A stretch of 64,000 nucleotides of DNA from Escherichia coli (GCF_044324875.1 NZ_CP172185.1), one strand, 5' to 3'. Positions 1 through 12,352 are shown, numbered from the stretch's first letter. Notes: a model not told the origin generated them from the sequence alone. Made by a program: numbers and translations.

Positions 1-1270
1 TCGAATCACCGATGGTCTGACGTGGGTCCAGCGAAGCGTAAGGGTCCTGAAAAATAAACTGAATATCGCGGCGCAATGCCTGAAGTTTACCGGATGACAA
101 GGTATCGATTCGCTGACCGTTAAAGATAATTTCGCCGCCCTGCGATTCGACCAGGCGCAGCAACGCCCGCCCGGTAGTGGATTTACCGCTGCCAGACTCG
201 CCCACCAGCGATAGCGTTTCGCCAGGCCAGAGATCAAAACTGACTTTCTCAACGGCATGCACTTCCCGCGTTACGCGATTCAACAAACCGCTGCGCAAAG
301 GGAAACGGGTGACCAGATTACGCACCCGTAAAACAGGTTCGCCATCCACCACCGTTTTCTGCTCGATGGGGGGGGCCTGTTTCGCTGGATGTTCAAGCGA
401 TATCAATGGGAAACGTCGGGGATAATCTAACCCTTTCATCGCACCAAGTTGCGGAACAGCAGCTAACAGCGCACGGGTGTAAGGATGTTGCGGTGCATGG
501 AAAATCTGTTCGACGCTACCCGTTTCCACCGCCTCGCCCTGATACATCACCAGTACCCGATCGGCAATCTCTGCCACCACGCCCATATCGTGAGTGATAA
601 AGATAACGCCCATCGACATCTCTTTTTGCAATACTTTGATTAATTGCAGGATCTGCGCCTGAATAGTGACATCCAGCGCGGTGGTTGGCTCATCGGCAAT
701 CAGCACCGCCGGGCGGCATGACAGCGCCATCGCAATCATCACTCGCTGGCGCATCCCGCCAGAGAGTTGATGCGGATAACGTGAAAGAATGGTTTGTGCC
801 TCCGGAATGCGTACCTGATCCAGCATCCGCTTCGCCTCGACCATCGCTTCTTCACGACTGGCGTTCTGATGCAGACGAATTGATTCGGCAATCTGTTCAC
901 CCACAGTAAATACCGGGTTCAGCGATGTCATCGGTTCCTGAAATATCATCGCCATATCCGCACCGCGCACATGGCGCATTTGTGCAGCGCTCTGCTCGCT
1001 AAGTTCAATCACTTCGCGACTGCGCCGCCGCAACAGCATTTTATCGCACTGTACTAAACCGCCCGCCTGTTCCAACAGACGCATCAATGCCAGCGCAGTC
1101 ACTGACTTACCGGAGCCGGATTCGCCAACAATTGCCAGCGTCTCACCGCGTTGCAGGCTAAAAGAGAGATTGCGGACCGCAGCTATTTTCTGCTGGTCCT
1201 GCATAAAGGCAATATTCAGATTTTCAACCGCCAGCACATCACCGGCATCAAGTTCATCACTGTGTGGCAA
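1..1270 (-). CDS. gsiA: Glutathione ABC importer ATP-binding protein GsiA, N-terminal part (about 420 codons); gene runs off the window start
   Basis: Continuous minus-strand reading frame from about 1270 to position 1; Walker A-like motif [14 protein letters not shown] read near 1100-1150; putative TTG start overlapping the iaaA stop; position downstream of iaaA as in K-12. Confidence 0.8.
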   Translation of the reverse strand, partial: MPHSDELDAGDVLAVENLNIAFMQDQQKIAAVRNLSFSLQRGETLAIVGESGSGKSVTALALMRLLEQAGGLVQCDKMLLRRRSREVIELSEQSAAQMRHVRGADMAMIFQEPMTSLNPVFTVGEQIAESIRLHQNASREEAMVEAKRMLDQVRIPEAQTILSRYPHQLSGGMRQRVMIAMALSCRPAVLIADEPTTALDVTIQAQILQLIKVLQKEMSMGVIFITHDMGVVAEIADRVLVMYQGEAVETGSVEQIFHAPQHPYTRALLAAVPQLGAMKGLDYPRRFPLISLEHPAKQAPPIEQKTVVDGEPVLRVRNLVTRFPLRSGLLNRVTREVHAVEKVSFDLWPGETLSLVGESGSGKSTTGRALLRLVESQGGEIIFNGQRIDTLSSGKLQALRRDIQFIFQDPYASLDPRQTIGDS

Positions 1271-2222
1271 CGGTGTCCCCTTTTTCACGGTAGATACCGG
1301 TGGTTGGCGTATCGCCTGCGTAGCCCCAGGCGCGATACATTCCTTCGGTGTTAAACGGTAGCGCGATATTACCTTCATGGTCGATAGCGATTAAGCCACC
1401 GCTACCGCCAAGCGCAGGGAGTTTTTCCATTACTACCCGCTCGCAGGCTTCCGCGAGACTTAATCCGCCGTAATCCATTAACGCGGCGATGTCATATGCC
1501 GCCAGCGCGCGGATGAAGACTTCGCCCGTGCCGGTACATGAAACCGCCACACTGGCGTTATTGGCGTAGCATCCGGCCCCCACTAAGGGACTATCGCCAA
1601 CTCGTCCGGGTAATTTATTGGTCATTCCGCCTGTGGACGTGGCTGCCGCCAGATTGCCGTCTAAATCCAACGCCACGGCCCCCACGGTGCCCATTTTCTG
1701 TTTTTCATCCAGTGGCGCACCGCTATGGTCGAGGACTGTTGCCCCTTCCTCGCGCGCTGCCAGTAGTTGTTCATAACGCAAAGGCGTGGAGAAAATCTCC
1801 GGTGAGACGCGCTCCATGCCATGAGCAAACGCAAAATTTTCTGCCCCTTCGCCAATCATCATCACATGCGGGCTTTGCTCCATCACCAGCCGGGCGGCAA
1901 GAACCGGATTACGCAGATGACTAACGCCCGCCACCGCACCGGCTTTCAGGGTGTTACCATCCATTACACAGGCGTCCAGTTCATGGGTTTCATCACGCGT
2001 AAAGACAGCGCCAATTCCGGCGTTAAACAGTGGACACTCTTCCAGCAGACGCACCGCTTCCGTCACCACATCCAGCGCACTTTCGCCCGCTTCCAGCATT
2101 TTCTGCCCGGTTTCAACAATGGCAGACAGCGCCTCGATGTAGCGTAATTCCTGTTGCAGACTCATCTGCGCGCGGCTAATTGCACCTGCGCCGCCATGAA
2201 TTGCAATGACTGCTTTGCCCAT
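1257..2222 (-). CDS. iaaA: Isoaspartyl peptidase / L-asparaginase (Ntn hydrolase)
   Basis: 321-aa ORF starting [14 protein letters not shown] with the threonine-nucleophile region GTVGAVALD; length and synteny match K-12 iaaA. Confidence 0.9.
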   Translation of the reverse strand: MGKAVIAIHGGAGAISRAQMSLQQELRYIEALSAIVETGQKMLEAGESALDVVTEAVRLLEECPLFNAGIGAVFTRDETHELDACVMDGNTLKAGAVAGVSHLRNPVLAARLVMEQSPHVMMIGEGAENFAFAHGMERVSPEIFSTPLRYEQLLAAREEGATVLDHSGAPLDEKQKMGTVGAVALDLDGNLAAATSTGGMTNKLPGRVGDSPLVGAGCYANNASVAVSCTGTGEVFIRALAAYDIAALMDYGGLSLAEACERVVMEKLPALGGSGGLIAIDHEGNIALPFNTEGMYRAWGYAGDTPTTGIYREKGDTVATQ

Positions 2223-2425
2223 AGTATTCGTCCATTAAGGGTGGCTCGCCACTTTTGCTATAAATATCAGAATTTTTATGAATTACTCATTCAATTTTTG
2301 AATATAGAAAGATGGATATGGCATGTAAAGGCAGGAGCCAACGCTACGCCCGAGGTGGCATACAGTCTGTGGCGTTTTTCTGACATAATAGGCAAATTCG
2401 ATTTTGCCTCCGCAGGAGTGTTTTC

Positions 2426-3661
2426 ATGGAATTTACCACCGGATTGATGTCGCTCGACACCGCGCTTAATGAGATGCTTTCTCGCGTCACCCCACTGACC
2501 GCCCAGGAAACGCTGCCACTGGTACAGTGTTTTGGTCGTATTCTGGCGAGCGATGTCGTTTCGCCACTGGATGTCCCGGGGTTTGATAACTCCGCTATGG
2601 ACGGCTACGCGGTGCGTTTAGCCGATATTGCCTCCGGGCAACCGCTGCCCGTTGCCGGTAAATCCTTTGCCGGTCAGCCGTACCATGGTGAATGGCGTGC
2701 GGGTACCTGCATTCGTATTATGACCGGTGCGCCGGTGCCAGAAGGCTGCGAAGCGGTGGTGATGCAGGAGCAGACTGAACAAACGGACAATGGCGTGCGT
2801 TTTACTGCTGAAGTGCGTAGCGGGCAAAATATTCGCCGTCGCGGTGAAGATATCTCTGCAGGTGCGGTTGTTTTCCCGGCGGGAACTCGCCTGACTACCG
2901 CTGAACTGCCAGTGATTGCTTCGCTAGGGATTGCCGAAGTTCCGGTGATTCGTAAAGTGCGTGTAGCGCTGTTTTCTACCGGTGATGAACTCCAGTTGCC
3001 AGGCCAGCCGCTGGGCGACGGCCAAATCTACGATACCAACCGTCTCGCCGTACACCTGATGTTAGAACAGTTGGGATGCGAGGTAATCAACTTAGGGATT
3101 ATCCGCGACGATCCCCATGCCCTTCGCGCCGCTTTTATTGAAGCCGATAGCCAGGCGGATGTGGTGATCAGTTCCGGCGGTGTTTCAGTGGGTGAAGCGG
3201 ATTACACCAAAACCATTCTTGAAGAGCTGGGGGAGATCGCCTTCTGGAAGCTGGCGATTAAACCAGGTAAACCGTTCGCGTTCGGAAAACTTTCTAATAG
3301 CTGGTTCTGCGGCCTGCCGGGCAACCCGGTTTCAGCAACGCTGACCTTCTATCAACTGGTACAGCCTTTGCTGGCAAAACTAAGCGGCAATACCGCCAGC
3401 GGCCTGCCCGCGCGCCAGCGTGTGCGCACGGCATCGCCTCTGAAGAAATCGCCAGGACGCCTTGATTTCCAGCGCGGCGTGCTGCAACGCAACGCCGATG
3501 GCGAACTGGAAGTGACGACCACCGGACATCAGGGTTCACATATATTTAGCTCCTTTAGCCTCGGCAACTGCTTTATCGTACTGGAGCGCGAGCGCGGCAA
3601 TGTAGAAGCGGGCGAATGGGTGGAAGTAGAACCGTTTAACGCGTTGTTCGGAGGCCTGTAA
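2426..3661 (+). CDS. moeA: Molybdopterin molybdenumtransferase MoeA
   Basis: 411-aa ORF with MoeA-type motifs ([11 protein letters not shown]); shares the ATGA start/stop overlap with moeB. Confidence 0.92.
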   Translation: MEFTTGLMSLDTALNEMLSRVTPLTAQETLPLVQCFGRILASDVVSPLDVPGFDNSAMDGYAVRLADIASGQPLPVAGKSFAGQPYHGEWRAGTCIRIMTGAPVPEGCEAVVMQEQTEQTDNGVRFTAEVRSGQNIRRRGEDISAGAVVFPAGTRLTTAELPVIASLGIAEVPVIRKVRVALFSTGDELQLPGQPLGDGQIYDTNRLAVHLMLEQLGCEVINLGIIRDDPHALRAAFIEADSQADVVISSGGVSVGEADYTKTILEELGEIAFWKLAIKPGKPFAFGKLSNSWFCGLPGNPVSATLTFYQLVQPLLAKLSGNTASGLPARQRVRTASPLKKSPGRLDFQRGVLQRNADGELEVTTTGHQGSHIFSSFSLGNCFIVLERERGNVEAGEWVEVEPFNALFGGL

Positions 3662-4410
3662 TGGCGGAACTCAGCGATCAGGAGATGCTGCGCTACAACC
3701 GGCAAATCATTCTGCGCGGTTTTGATTTTGACGGTCAGGAGGCGCTAAAAGATTCTCGTGTGCTGATCGTCGGCCTGGGCGGCCTCGGCTGTGCAGCTTC
3801 GCAGTATCTGGCAAGCGCCGGTGTCGGCAACCTGACACTGCTCGACTTCGACACGGTTTCGCTCTCGAATCTGCAACGCCAGACGCTGCACAACGATGCC
3901 ACGGTCGGGCAACCGAAGGTGGAATCCGCCCGTGACGCCCTGACGCGGATCAACCCACATATCGCGATTACGCCAGTCAATGCACTGCTGGATGACGCAG
4001 AACTTGCTGCGATGATTGCAAAACACGATCTGGTGCTCGACTGTACGGATAACGTTGCGGTACGTAATCAACTGAACGCAGGCTGTTTTGCCGCGAAGGT
4101 GCCGCTGGTTTCCGGCGCGGCAATTCGTATGGAAGGTCAAATCACGGTCTTCACTTATCAGGACGGCGAGCCTTGCTATCGCTGCCTCAGCCGTTTGTTT
4201 GGCGAGAACGCGTTAACCTGCGTAGAAGCAGGCGTGATGGCACCGTTGATCGGCGTAATTGGTTCGTTGCAGGCAATGGAAGCGATCAAACTGCTGGCAG
4301 GTTATGGCAAACCGGCCAGCGGGATAATCGTCATGTACGATGCGATGACCTGTCAGTTTCGCGAAATGAAACTGATGCGTAACCCGGGGTGTGAGGTGTG
4401 CGGGCGGTAA
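3661..4410 (+). CDS. moeB: Molybdopterin-synthase adenylyltransferase MoeB
   Basis: 249-aa ORF; ThiF/MoeB nucleotide-binding motif LIVGLGGLGC and C-terminal CxxC pairs. Confidence 0.92.
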   Translation: MAELSDQEMLRYNRQIILRGFDFDGQEALKDSRVLIVGLGGLGCAASQYLASAGVGNLTLLDFDTVSLSNLQRQTLHNDATVGQPKVESARDALTRINPHIAITPVNALLDDAELAAMIAKHDLVLDCTDNVAVRNQLNAGCFAAKVPLVSGAAIRMEGQITVFTYQDGEPCYRCLSRLFGENALTCVEAGVMAPLIGVIGSLQAMEAIKLLAGYGKPASGIIVMYDAMTCQFREMKLMRNPGCEVCGR

Positions 4411-4485
4411 TTGCCACCTCCAGGCCTGATAAGACGCGGCACTCCGCCACGTCATCAGCAATTTATGAGGATGCAGAACGTCCGG

Positions 4486-5148
4486 TTAAATCGACGTTCT
4501 GCCAAACGCTCCCTGCCAGTCCTGCTCAAACTTCGCCACTGCGGCATCAACCGCCGGATAGCTAATCATCTGTTGTGCCACATCCAGCGGCAGAGTAATT
4601 GATTCACATCCTGCCAGTAAGCAGTCCAGAGCCTGACGCGGGGTTTTGAAACTCGCTGCCAGCACTTTCGCCTGCGGCGCATGCATTTTCAATAACTGGT
4701 GTAAGTCGGTCACAGTCTGAATACCGCAACCGCCCTGAGCATCAATACGGTTGACGTAAGGCGCAACATATTCCGCACCTGCCAGCGCCGACAGCAGCCC
4801 TTGTGCCGCGCCATATACCGCGGTTCCCAGCGTCGGAATCCCTTCCGCTTTTAACATCTTAATAGCTGCCAGCCCCTCAGCGGTCACAGGAACTTTCACC
4901 ACGATATCCGCAATAATAGAACGCAATTTACGTGCGTCATTCACCATCCCTTCAGCAGTGGTAGCCATTACCTGGGCAAACAGACGCCCCTGACCGCCCA
5001 TCGCTTCATGAAGTTCCGGAAGCACAACCTCCAGCGGTTTTTTACCCGCGGCGATAATGCTTGGGTTAGTGGTCACACCCGCCAGCGGAAAAATACGTGA
5101 CAGCGCCTTCACCGCAACAACGTCTGAAGTATCCAGATACAGTTCCAT
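4486..5148 (-). CDS. fsaA: Fructose-6-phosphate aldolase 1
   Basis: ORF 4486-5220; start set at the internal [10 protein letters not shown] (220 aa), a transaldolase-like TIM barrel. Confidence 0.88.
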   Translation of the reverse strand: MELYLDTSDVVAVKALSRIFPLAGVTTNPSIIAAGKKPLEVVLPELHEAMGGQGRLFAQVMATTAEGMVNDARKLRSIIADIVVKVPVTAEGLAAIKMLKAEGIPTLGTAVYGAAQGLLSALAGAEYVAPYVNRIDAQGGCGIQTVTDLHQLLKMHAPQAKVLAASFKTPRQALDCLLAGCESITLPLDVAQQMISYPAVDAAVAKFEQDWQGAFGRTSI

Positions 5149-5278
5149 AACCATCCTCAAAATGTACTTTTTGTCTGAATGTAGACTATCACGGGAAAAC
5201 TCTCTGAACAGTTGACGCACATCAATCTAACTTTCATTCGAAAGTATTTTAATGTTTGAACGAAACAGAGAGGCAACT

Positions 5279-6178
5279 ATGATTTTCAATATTCAGCGCT
5301 ACTCGACCCATGATGGCCCCGGTATCCGCACGGTCGTATTTCTTAAAGGCTGTTCGCTGGGCTGCCGCTGGTGTCAGAACCCGGAAAGCCGCGCCCGCAC
5401 GCAAGATCTGCTGTATGACGCACGACTGTGTCTGGAAGGCTGCGAGCTGTGCGCTAAGGCCGCGCCGGAAGTGATTGAGCGCGCGCTGAATGGTTTGCTT
5501 ATTCATCGGGAAAAGTTAACCCCGGAGCATTTTACGGCGCTAACCGACTGCTGCCCGACACAGGCGTTAACCGTGTGTGGTGAAGTGAAAAGCGTTGAGG
5601 AGATCATGGCGACCGTTTTGCGCGATAAACCGTTTTACGATCGCAGCGGCGGCGGCTTAACGCTTTCTGGCGGTGAACCGTTTATGCAGCCGGAAATGGC
5701 GACGGCGCTGCTGCAAGCCAGCCACGAGGCCGGCATTCATACTGCGGTAGAAACCTGTCTGCATGTGCCGTGGAAATATATCGCCCCTTCTCTGCCCTAT
5801 ATCGATCTGTTTCTTGCCGATTTAAAACACGTTGCCGACGCGCCGTTTAAACAGTGGACCGACGGTAACGCCGCCAGAGTGCTGGATAACCTGAAAAAAC
5901 TCGCCGCAGCGGGCAAAAAAATCATTATCCGCGTGCCGCTGATTCAGGGCTTTAATGCCGACGAAACCTCTGTAAAAGCCATTACCGATTTTGCCGCCGA
6001 CGAGCTGCACGTTGGCGAAATTCATTTCCTGCCCTACCACACGCTGGGCATCAACAAATATCACTTACTTAATCTGCCCTATGACGCCCCGGAAAAACCG
6101 CTTGATGCGCCAGAACTGCTCGACTTTGCCCAGCAGTATGCCTGCCAGAAAGGGTTAACCGCGACCTTACGAGGATAA
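5279..6178 (+). CDS. pflE: Glycyl-radical enzyme activating protein (radical SAM), PflE/YbiY
   Basis: CxxxCxxC radical-SAM motif ([13 protein letters not shown]) near the N-terminus; start set at MIFNIQRY; directly upstream of the glycyl-radical enzyme gene. Confidence 0.88.
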   Translation: MIFNIQRYSTHDGPGIRTVVFLKGCSLGCRWCQNPESRARTQDLLYDARLCLEGCELCAKAAPEVIERALNGLLIHREKLTPEHFTALTDCCPTQALTVCGEVKSVEEIMATVLRDKPFYDRSGGGLTLSGGEPFMQPEMATALLQASHEAGIHTAVETCLHVPWKYIAPSLPYIDLFLADLKHVADAPFKQWTDGNAARVLDNLKKLAAAGKKIIIRVPLIQGFNADETSVKAITDFAADELHVGEIHFLPYHTLGINKYHLLNLPYDAPEKPLDAPELLDFAQQYACQKGLTATLRG

Positions 6179-6183
6179 CAACC

Positions 6184-8616
6184 ATGACCACACTGAAACT
6201 GGACACGCTCAGCGACCGCATTAAAGCGCACAAAAATGCGCTGGTGCATATTGTGAAACCGCCGGTCTGTACCGAGCGCGCGCAGCACTATACTGAGATG
6301 TATCAACAACATCTCGATAAGCCGATCCCGGTACGTCGCGCGCTGGCGCTGGCGCATCACCTGGCGAATCGCACCATCTGGATCAAGCACGATGAGTTGA
6401 TCATTGGCAACCAGGCAAGCGAAGTTCGCGCCGCGCCGATCTTCCCGGAATATACCGTCTCCTGGATCGAAAAAGAGATTGATGATCTGGCGGATCGTCC
6501 GGGTGCTGGTTTTGCGGTGAGCGAAGAGAACAAACGTGTTCTGCATGAAGTGTGCCCTTGGTGGCGTGGTCAGACGGTACAGGATCGCTGCTACGGCATG
6601 TTTACCGATGAGCAAAAAGGTCTGCTGGCGACCGGCATCATTAAAGCGGAAGGCAATATGACTTCCGGCGATGCGCACCTGGCGGTGAATTTCCCGCTGC
6701 TGCTGGAAAAAGGGCTTGATGGTCTGCATGAGAAAGTGGCGGAACGTCGCTCGCGCATCAATCTGACGGTACTGGAAGATTTGCACGGCGAACAGTTCCT
6801 GAAAGCGATTGATATCGTGCTGGTGGCAGTCAGTGAACACATTGAACGTTTCGCTGCCCTGGCGCGTGAAATGGCAGCCACTGAAACCCGCGAAAGCCGT
6901 CGCGATGAACTGCGGGCGATAGCAGAAAACTGCGATCTTATCGCCCACCAGCCGCCGCAGACTTTCTGGCAGGCGCTGCAACTGTGTTACTTCATCCAGT
7001 TGATTTTGCAGATCGAATCCAACGGTCACTCAGTATCGTTTGGTCGTATGGACCAGTATCTCTACCCGTACTATCGACGCGACGTTGAACTGAACCAGAC
7101 GCTGGATCGCGAACACGCCATCGAGATGCTGCATAGCTGCTGGTTGAAACTGCTGGAAGTGAACAAAATCCGCTCCGGCTCACACTCAAAAGCCTCTGCG
7201 GGAAGTCCGCTGTATCAGAACGTCACCATTGGCGGACAAAATCTGGTTGATGGTCAACCAATGGACGCAGTGAATCCACTCTCTTACGCGATCCTTGAAT
7301 CCTGCGGTCGCCTGCGTTCCACTCAGCCTAACCTCAGCGTACGTTACCATGCGGGAATGAGTAACGATTTCCTCGACGCCTGCGTGCAGGTGATCCGCTG
7401 CGGCTTCGGGATGCCAGCGTTCAACAACGACGAAATTGTCATCCCGGAATTTATTAAACTCGGCATTGAACCGCAGGACGCTTACGACTATGCAGCGATT
7501 GGTTGTATCGAAACCGCCGTCGGTGGCAAATGGGGCTATCGCTGTACCGGCATGAGCTTTATCAACTTCGCCCGTGTGATGCTGGCGGCGCTGGAAGGCG
7601 GTCGTGATGCCACCAGCGGCAAAGTGTTCCTGCCACAAGAAAAAGCGTTGTCGGCAGGTAACTTCAACAACTTCGATGAAGTGATGGACGCGTGGGACAC
7701 GCAAATCCGTTACTACACCCGCAAATCAATCGAAATCGAATATGTCGTTGACACCATGCTGGAGGAGAACGTGCACGATATTCTCTGCTCGGCGCTGGTG
7801 GATGACTGTATTGAGCGAGCAAAAAGTATCAAGCAAGGCGGCGCGAAATATGACTGGGTTTCTGGCCTGCAGGTTGGCATTGCCAACCTCGGCAACAGCC
7901 TGGCGGCAGTGAAGAAACTGGTGTTTGAACAGGGCGCGATTGGTCAGCAACAACTGGCTGCCGCACTGGCGGATGACTTCGACGGCCTGACTCACGAGCA
8001 ACTGCGTCAGCGGCTGATTAACGGCGCGCCGAAGTACGGCAACGACGACGATACTGTCGATACGCTGCTGGCTCGCGCTTATCAGACCTATATCGACGAA
8101 CTGAAACAGTACCATAACCCGCGCTACGGTCGTGGTCCGGTTGGCGGCAATTATTACGCGGGTACGTCGTCTATCTCCGCTAACGTACCGTTTGGCGCGC
8201 AAACTATGGCAACGCCGGACGGGCGTAAAGCGCATACCCCGCTGGCAGAAGGCGCAAGCCCGGCTTCCGGTACTGATCATCTTGGCCCTACTGCGGTCAT
8301 TGGCTCGGTGGGTAAACTGCCTACGGCAGCGATTCTCGGCGGCGTGTTGCTCAACCAGAAACTGAATCCGGCAACGCTGGAGAACGAATCTGACAAGCAG
8401 AAACTGATGATCCTGCTACGCACCTTCTTTGAAGTGCATAAAGGCTGGCATATTCAATACAACATCGTTTCCCGCGAAACGCTGCTGGAAGCGAAAAAAC
8501 ATCCGGATCAGTACCGCGATCTGGTGGTGCGCGTAGCGGGTTATTCCGCCTTCTTCACCGCGCTCTCTCCAGACGCACAGGACGATATCATCGCCCGTAC
8601 TGAACATATGCTGTAA
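6184..8616 (+). CDS. pflF: Glycyl-radical enzyme (pyruvate formate-lyase-like) PflF/YbiW, substrate unknown
   Basis: 810-aa ORF with the C-terminal glycyl radical motif RVAGYSAFF; paired with its activase. Confidence 0.9.
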   Translation: MTTLKLDTLSDRIKAHKNALVHIVKPPVCTERAQHYTEMYQQHLDKPIPVRRALALAHHLANRTIWIKHDELIIGNQASEVRAAPIFPEYTVSWIEKEIDDLADRPGAGFAVSEENKRVLHEVCPWWRGQTVQDRCYGMFTDEQKGLLATGIIKAEGNMTSGDAHLAVNFPLLLEKGLDGLHEKVAERRSRINLTVLEDLHGEQFLKAIDIVLVAVSEHIERFAALAREMAATETRESRRDELRAIAENCDLIAHQPPQTFWQALQLCYFIQLILQIESNGHSVSFGRMDQYLYPYYRRDVELNQTLDREHAIEMLHSCWLKLLEVNKIRSGSHSKASAGSPLYQNVTIGGQNLVDGQPMDAVNPLSYAILESCGRLRSTQPNLSVRYHAGMSNDFLDACVQVIRCGFGMPAFNNDEIVIPEFIKLGIEPQDAYDYAAIGCIETAVGGKWGYRCTGMSFINFARVMLAALEGGRDATSGKVFLPQEKALSAGNFNNFDEVMDAWDTQIRYYTRKSIEIEYVVDTMLEENVHDILCSALVDDCIERAKSIKQGGAKYDWVSGLQVGIANLGNSLAAVKKLVFEQGAIGQQQLAAALADDFDGLTHEQLRQRLINGAPKYGNDDDTVDTLLARAYQTYIDELKQYHNPRYGRGPVGGNYYAGTSSISANVPFGAQTMATPDGRKAHTPLAEGASPASGTDHLGPTAVIGSVGKLPTAAILGGVLLNQKLNPATLENESDKQKLMILLRTFFEVHKGWHIQYNIVSRETLLEAKKHPDQYRDLVVRVAGYSAFFTALSPDAQDDIIARTEHML

Positions 8617-8761
8617 TCTCCTCGGCCCGGCGGCGGCGTCGCCGGGCTAAATCATTCACATCATCAATTTCACCCTTACTTTCATTCGAAATATAATTTG
8701 TGCTCTGCGTCACATTGTTATTACACTGTTACGGTTTCATTTTCGAGCCAGGAGCACACCT

Positions 8762-9577
8762 ATGAGCGTAAAAGTTATCGTCACAGACATGGACGGTACT
8801 TTTCTTAACGACGCCAAAACGTACAACCAACCACGTTTTATGGCGCAATATCAGGAACTGAAAAAGCGCGGCATTGAGTTCGTTGTCGCCAGCGGTAATC
8901 AGTATTACCAGCTTATTTCGTTCTTTCCTGAGCTAAAGGATGAGATCTCTTTTGTCGCGGAAAACGGCGCACTGGTTTACGAACATGGCAAGCAGTTGTT
9001 CCACGGCGAACTGACCCGACATGAATCGCGGATTGTGATTGGCGAGTTGCTAAAAGATAAGCAACTCAATTTTGTCGCCTGCGGTCTGCAAAGTGCATAT
9101 GTCAGCGAAAATGCCCCTGAAGCATTTGTCGCACTGATGGCAAAACACTACCATCGCCTGAAACCTGTAAAAGATTATCAGGAGATTGACGACGTACTGT
9201 TCAAGTTTTCGCTCAACCTGCCGGATGAACAAATCCCGTTAGTGATCGACAAACTGCACATAGCGCTGGATGGCATTATGAAACCCGTCACCAGTGGTTT
9301 TGGCTTTATCGACCTGATTATTCCTGGCCTGCATAAAGCGAATGGTATTTCGCGGTTACTGAAACGCTGGGATCTGTCGCCGCAAAATGTGGTAGCGATT
9401 GGCGACAGCGGTAACGATGCGGAGATGCTGAAAATGGCGCGTTATTCCTTTGCGATGGGCAATGCTGCGGAAAACATTAAACAAATCGCCCGTTACGCTA
9501 CCGATGATAATAATCATGAAGGCGCGCTGAACGTGATTCAGGCTGTGCTGGATAACACATCCCCTTTTAACAGCTGA
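8762..9577 (+). CDS. ybiV: HAD-family sugar phosphatase (Cof-type) YbiV
   Basis: 271-aa ORF with N-terminal DMDGT HAD motif I and GDSGND motif III. Confidence 0.88.
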   Translation: MSVKVIVTDMDGTFLNDAKTYNQPRFMAQYQELKKRGIEFVVASGNQYYQLISFFPELKDEISFVAENGALVYEHGKQLFHGELTRHESRIVIGELLKDKQLNFVACGLQSAYVSENAPEAFVALMAKHYHRLKPVKDYQEIDDVLFKFSLNLPDEQIPLVIDKLHIALDGIMKPVTSGFGFIDLIIPGLHKANGISRLLKRWDLSPQNVVAIGDSGNDAEMLKMARYSFAMGNAAENIKQIARYATDDNNHEGALNVIQAVLDNTSPFNS

Positions 9578-9728
9578 CCTCTCTACCGGAGCCATGCGCT
9601 CCGGTTTTCCCTTCTTTTTACATCCTGTACATCACATCAAATCATTAAACTTGCATTAACTTATTTATAACTTATATTGTCACATGCAAATCATCATAGT
9701 TTCGAATGAAAGTTAATGCGAGGTGGTT

Positions 9729-10994
9729 ATGGCTTCTACTTTTACCAGCGACACATTGCCTGCCGATCACAAAGCAGCTATCCGTCAGATGAAGCACGCG
9801 CTGCGGGCACAGCTTGGCGACGTCCAGCAGATCTTTAATCAGCTAAGCGATGACATTGCTACGCGAGTGGCTGAAATCAACGCACTCAAAGCACAGGGCG
9901 ATGCCGTCTGGCCGGTGCTGTCTTATGCCGATATCAAAGCAGGTCATGTTACTGCAGAGCAGCGCGAACAGATTAAACGTCGCGGTTGTGCGGTGATAAA
10001 AGGCCATTTCCCCCGCGAACAAGCGCTAGGCTGGGATCAGTCGATGCTGGACTATCTGGACCGCAACCGCTTTGACGAGGTCTACAAAGGCCCCGGCGAT
10101 AATTTCTTCGGGACGCTCAGCGCTTCACGTCCCGAGATTTACCCCATCTACTGGTCGCAGGCGCAAATGCAGGCCCGCCAGAGTGAAGAAATGGCGAATG
10201 TGCAGTCGTTTCTCAATCGTCTGTGGACATTTGAAAGTGATGGAAAGCAATGGTTTAACCCGGATGTGAGCGTCATCTACCCTGACCGTATCCGCCGCCG
10301 TCCGCCCGGAACGACCTCCAAAGGTCTTGGAGCGCATACCGACTCCGGGGCGCTGGAACGCTGGCTGCTTCCAGCGTATCAGCACGTTTTCGCCAACGTC
10401 TTTAATGGCAATCTGGCGAAATACGATCCCTGGCATGCGGCACATCGTACGGAAGTTGAAGAGTACACGGTGGACAACACCACCAAATGTTCCGTGTTTC
10501 GGACATTCCAGGGCTGGACAGCGCTCTCTGATATGCTGCCTGGTCAGGGGCTGCTGCACGTCGTGCCCATTCCTGAAGCCATGGCGTACGTACTGTTACG
10601 TCCGCTGCTTGATGATGTGCCGGAGGATGAACTGTGCGGCGTAGCGCCCGGAAGAGTATTGCCGGTATCAGAGCAATGGCATCCACTGTTGATTGAGGCG
10701 TTAACCAGCATTCCAAAACTCGAAGCCGGAGACTCCGTCTGGTGGCACTGCGACGTCATCCATTCCGTTGCCCCCGTTGAAAATCAACAGGGCTGGGGCA
10801 ACGTGATGTACATTCCTGCGGCACCGATGTGCGAGAAAAATCTTGCCTACGCGCACAAGGTGAAGGCCGCACTGGAAAAAGGCGCATCGCCGTGCGACTT
10901 CCCGCGCGAGGACTATGAAACAAACTGGGAAGGACGCTTTACGCTTGCCGACCTCAACATTCACGGTAAGCGAGCGTTGGGAATCGACAGCTGA
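9729..10994 (+). CDS. ybiU: DUF1479-family protein YbiU
   Basis: ORF 9723-10994; start set at MASTF to give 421 aa; synteny. Confidence 0.8.
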   Translation: MASTFTSDTLPADHKAAIRQMKHALRAQLGDVQQIFNQLSDDIATRVAEINALKAQGDAVWPVLSYADIKAGHVTAEQREQIKRRGCAVIKGHFPREQALGWDQSMLDYLDRNRFDEVYKGPGDNFFGTLSASRPEIYPIYWSQAQMQARQSEEMANVQSFLNRLWTFESDGKQWFNPDVSVIYPDRIRRRPPGTTSKGLGAHTDSGALERWLLPAYQHVFANVFNGNLAKYDPWHAAHRTEVEEYTVDNTTKCSVFRTFQGWTALSDMLPGQGLLHVVPIPEAMAYVLLRPLLDDVPEDELCGVAPGRVLPVSEQWHPLLIEALTSIPKLEAGDSVWWHCDVIHSVAPVENQQGWGNVMYIPAAPMCEKNLAYAHKVKAALEKGASPCDFPREDYETNWEGRFTLADLNIHGKRALGIDS

Positions 10995-12064
10995 GTGTCG
11001 TACAGCCCTTCCCGTTCCACGGCGGTGTTCCCTTTTCCTGGGCGAACCCGCCGCACTGACTCCCGCACCGCCAATCGTCCGTGCAGCAGCAGCGAGCCCA
11101 CCGGAGCATCCGGGCGAATCAGCCGCTGTTGCAACATTTGCACCGCTTCATTGCCTAGCTCATCGCATGGCACATGCACAGCCGTCAGGGGAACATCCTC
11201 GATTGCCGCAAGGTTAAAGCCGTCGATACTCATCACCGAGACATCCTGTGGTACGCGCAGACCACGACGATGTAGCGCATTTACCGTTCCCGCCGCCATA
11301 AAATCCCCGCCGACCAGAAACGCCGTCGGCAACGTCTTGCCATTGGCGGCATCCAGCCACGCTCCGACCTTTTCTTCCGCTTCTTTAGCGCTAAAACTGC
11401 TGATATTCAGCAAATGACGGTCATGGTGAAAGGCCAGATTATGCTGACGCCATGATTCTTTAATCCCTGCAAACCGCTGCTCCATAGTGTAGCGGCGCAG
11501 GCACATCACATTCATCACCTCCCGGTGACCCATTTCAAACAGATAGCGGGCGGCGAACGCGCCAATTAACCGATGGTCCGGCGCAATCGCCGGGAGGCGC
11601 ATTCGTTCATCACGGCAGTTGATCAGCACACAAGGCTTAGCGAGATCGGCGGCCAGATCATGGATGTGCGGATCGTCAATCCCCAGCAGGATCGCCGCCT
11701 GCGTATCTGCTTCATTCATCCGCGAGAGAAATAGCGCGGGATCGCTGTCAAACTCCTCCAGCGCGCAGTAACGCAGCCGCACTTCATGCGGCGATAACGC
11801 TTTGCTGATGCTCTGGATCACACGGTAATAAAAGATATCAGATCGTTGGTCAAAAGCGCGTTGCGGCGCGAAAATAATCAGGTTGTTCAGCAACATACGA
11901 CCTGCTGCCATGCCATCCATCACGCCCAACTCACGCGCGCAGGCCAGCACCTGTTCGCGAGCGCGTGCACTGGTATTCGCTTTGCCAGCCAGCACCCGCG
12001 AAACCGTACTCGGCGATAGCCCGGTACGTGCGGCGATATCGGCGATTTTCAGCTTCTTGTCCAT
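10961..12064 (-). CDS. LacI-family transcriptional regulator (accessory module)
   Basis: N-terminal HTH KIADIAARTGLSPSTVSRVL followed by a periplasmic-binding-protein-like sugar-binding fold; start set at MDKKLK inside the longer ORF 10961-12142. Confidence 0.8.
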   Translation of the reverse strand: MDKKLKIADIAARTGLSPSTVSRVLAGKANTSARAREQVLACARELGVMDGMAAGRMLLNNLIIFAPQRAFDQRSDIFYYRVIQSISKALSPHEVRLRYCALEEFDSDPALFLSRMNEADTQAAILLGIDDPHIHDLAADLAKPCVLINCRDERMRLPAIAPDHRLIGAFAARYLFEMGHREVMNVMCLRRYTMEQRFAGIKESWRQHNLAFHHDRHLLNISSFSAKEAEEKVGAWLDAANGKTLPTAFLVGGDFMAAGTVNALHRRGLRVPQDVSVMSIDGFNLAAIEDVPLTAVHVPCDELGNEAVQMLQQRLIRPDAPVGSLLLHGRLAVRESVRRVRPGKGNTAVEREGLYDTQLSIPNARLP

Positions 12065-12352
12065 TTTGTGATCTGCCTCTAATTCGGAAATGACAGAATT
12101 TTCATGAGCAAAAAAGCCCATTCTGTCTGGCATTAAATCCATTTCAGTAATGTATATCAGTCACTCATGGAAAAACGTGCACAAAACCCGCTTTCTTTCG
12201 CTTTTAGGGTCTCTTACTGTGAATTGGTAGAACAACTTCCATACAAAAATAATGGAAAAACGAACAATAAAGACTTTATTTATCAAAAAGTTAAAAGTGG
12301 TGTGACAACTCCATTCTGACGTTGCCGCACAAACCCTATACCATTCTGTGGA

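Noticed and set aside
177-1361. Plus-strand ORFs of 60-80 aa at 177-425, 406-597, 685-909 and 1151-1361
   Set aside because: They lie antisense to the continuous gsiA reading frame, have no RBS and have skewed composition; treated as frame artefacts
6079-8280. Long minus-strand ORFs (316 aa, 172 aa, 184 aa) inside pflF
   Set aside because: Antisense to a well-supported 810-aa glycyl-radical enzyme gene; GC-rich coding regions commonly give long spurious antisense frames
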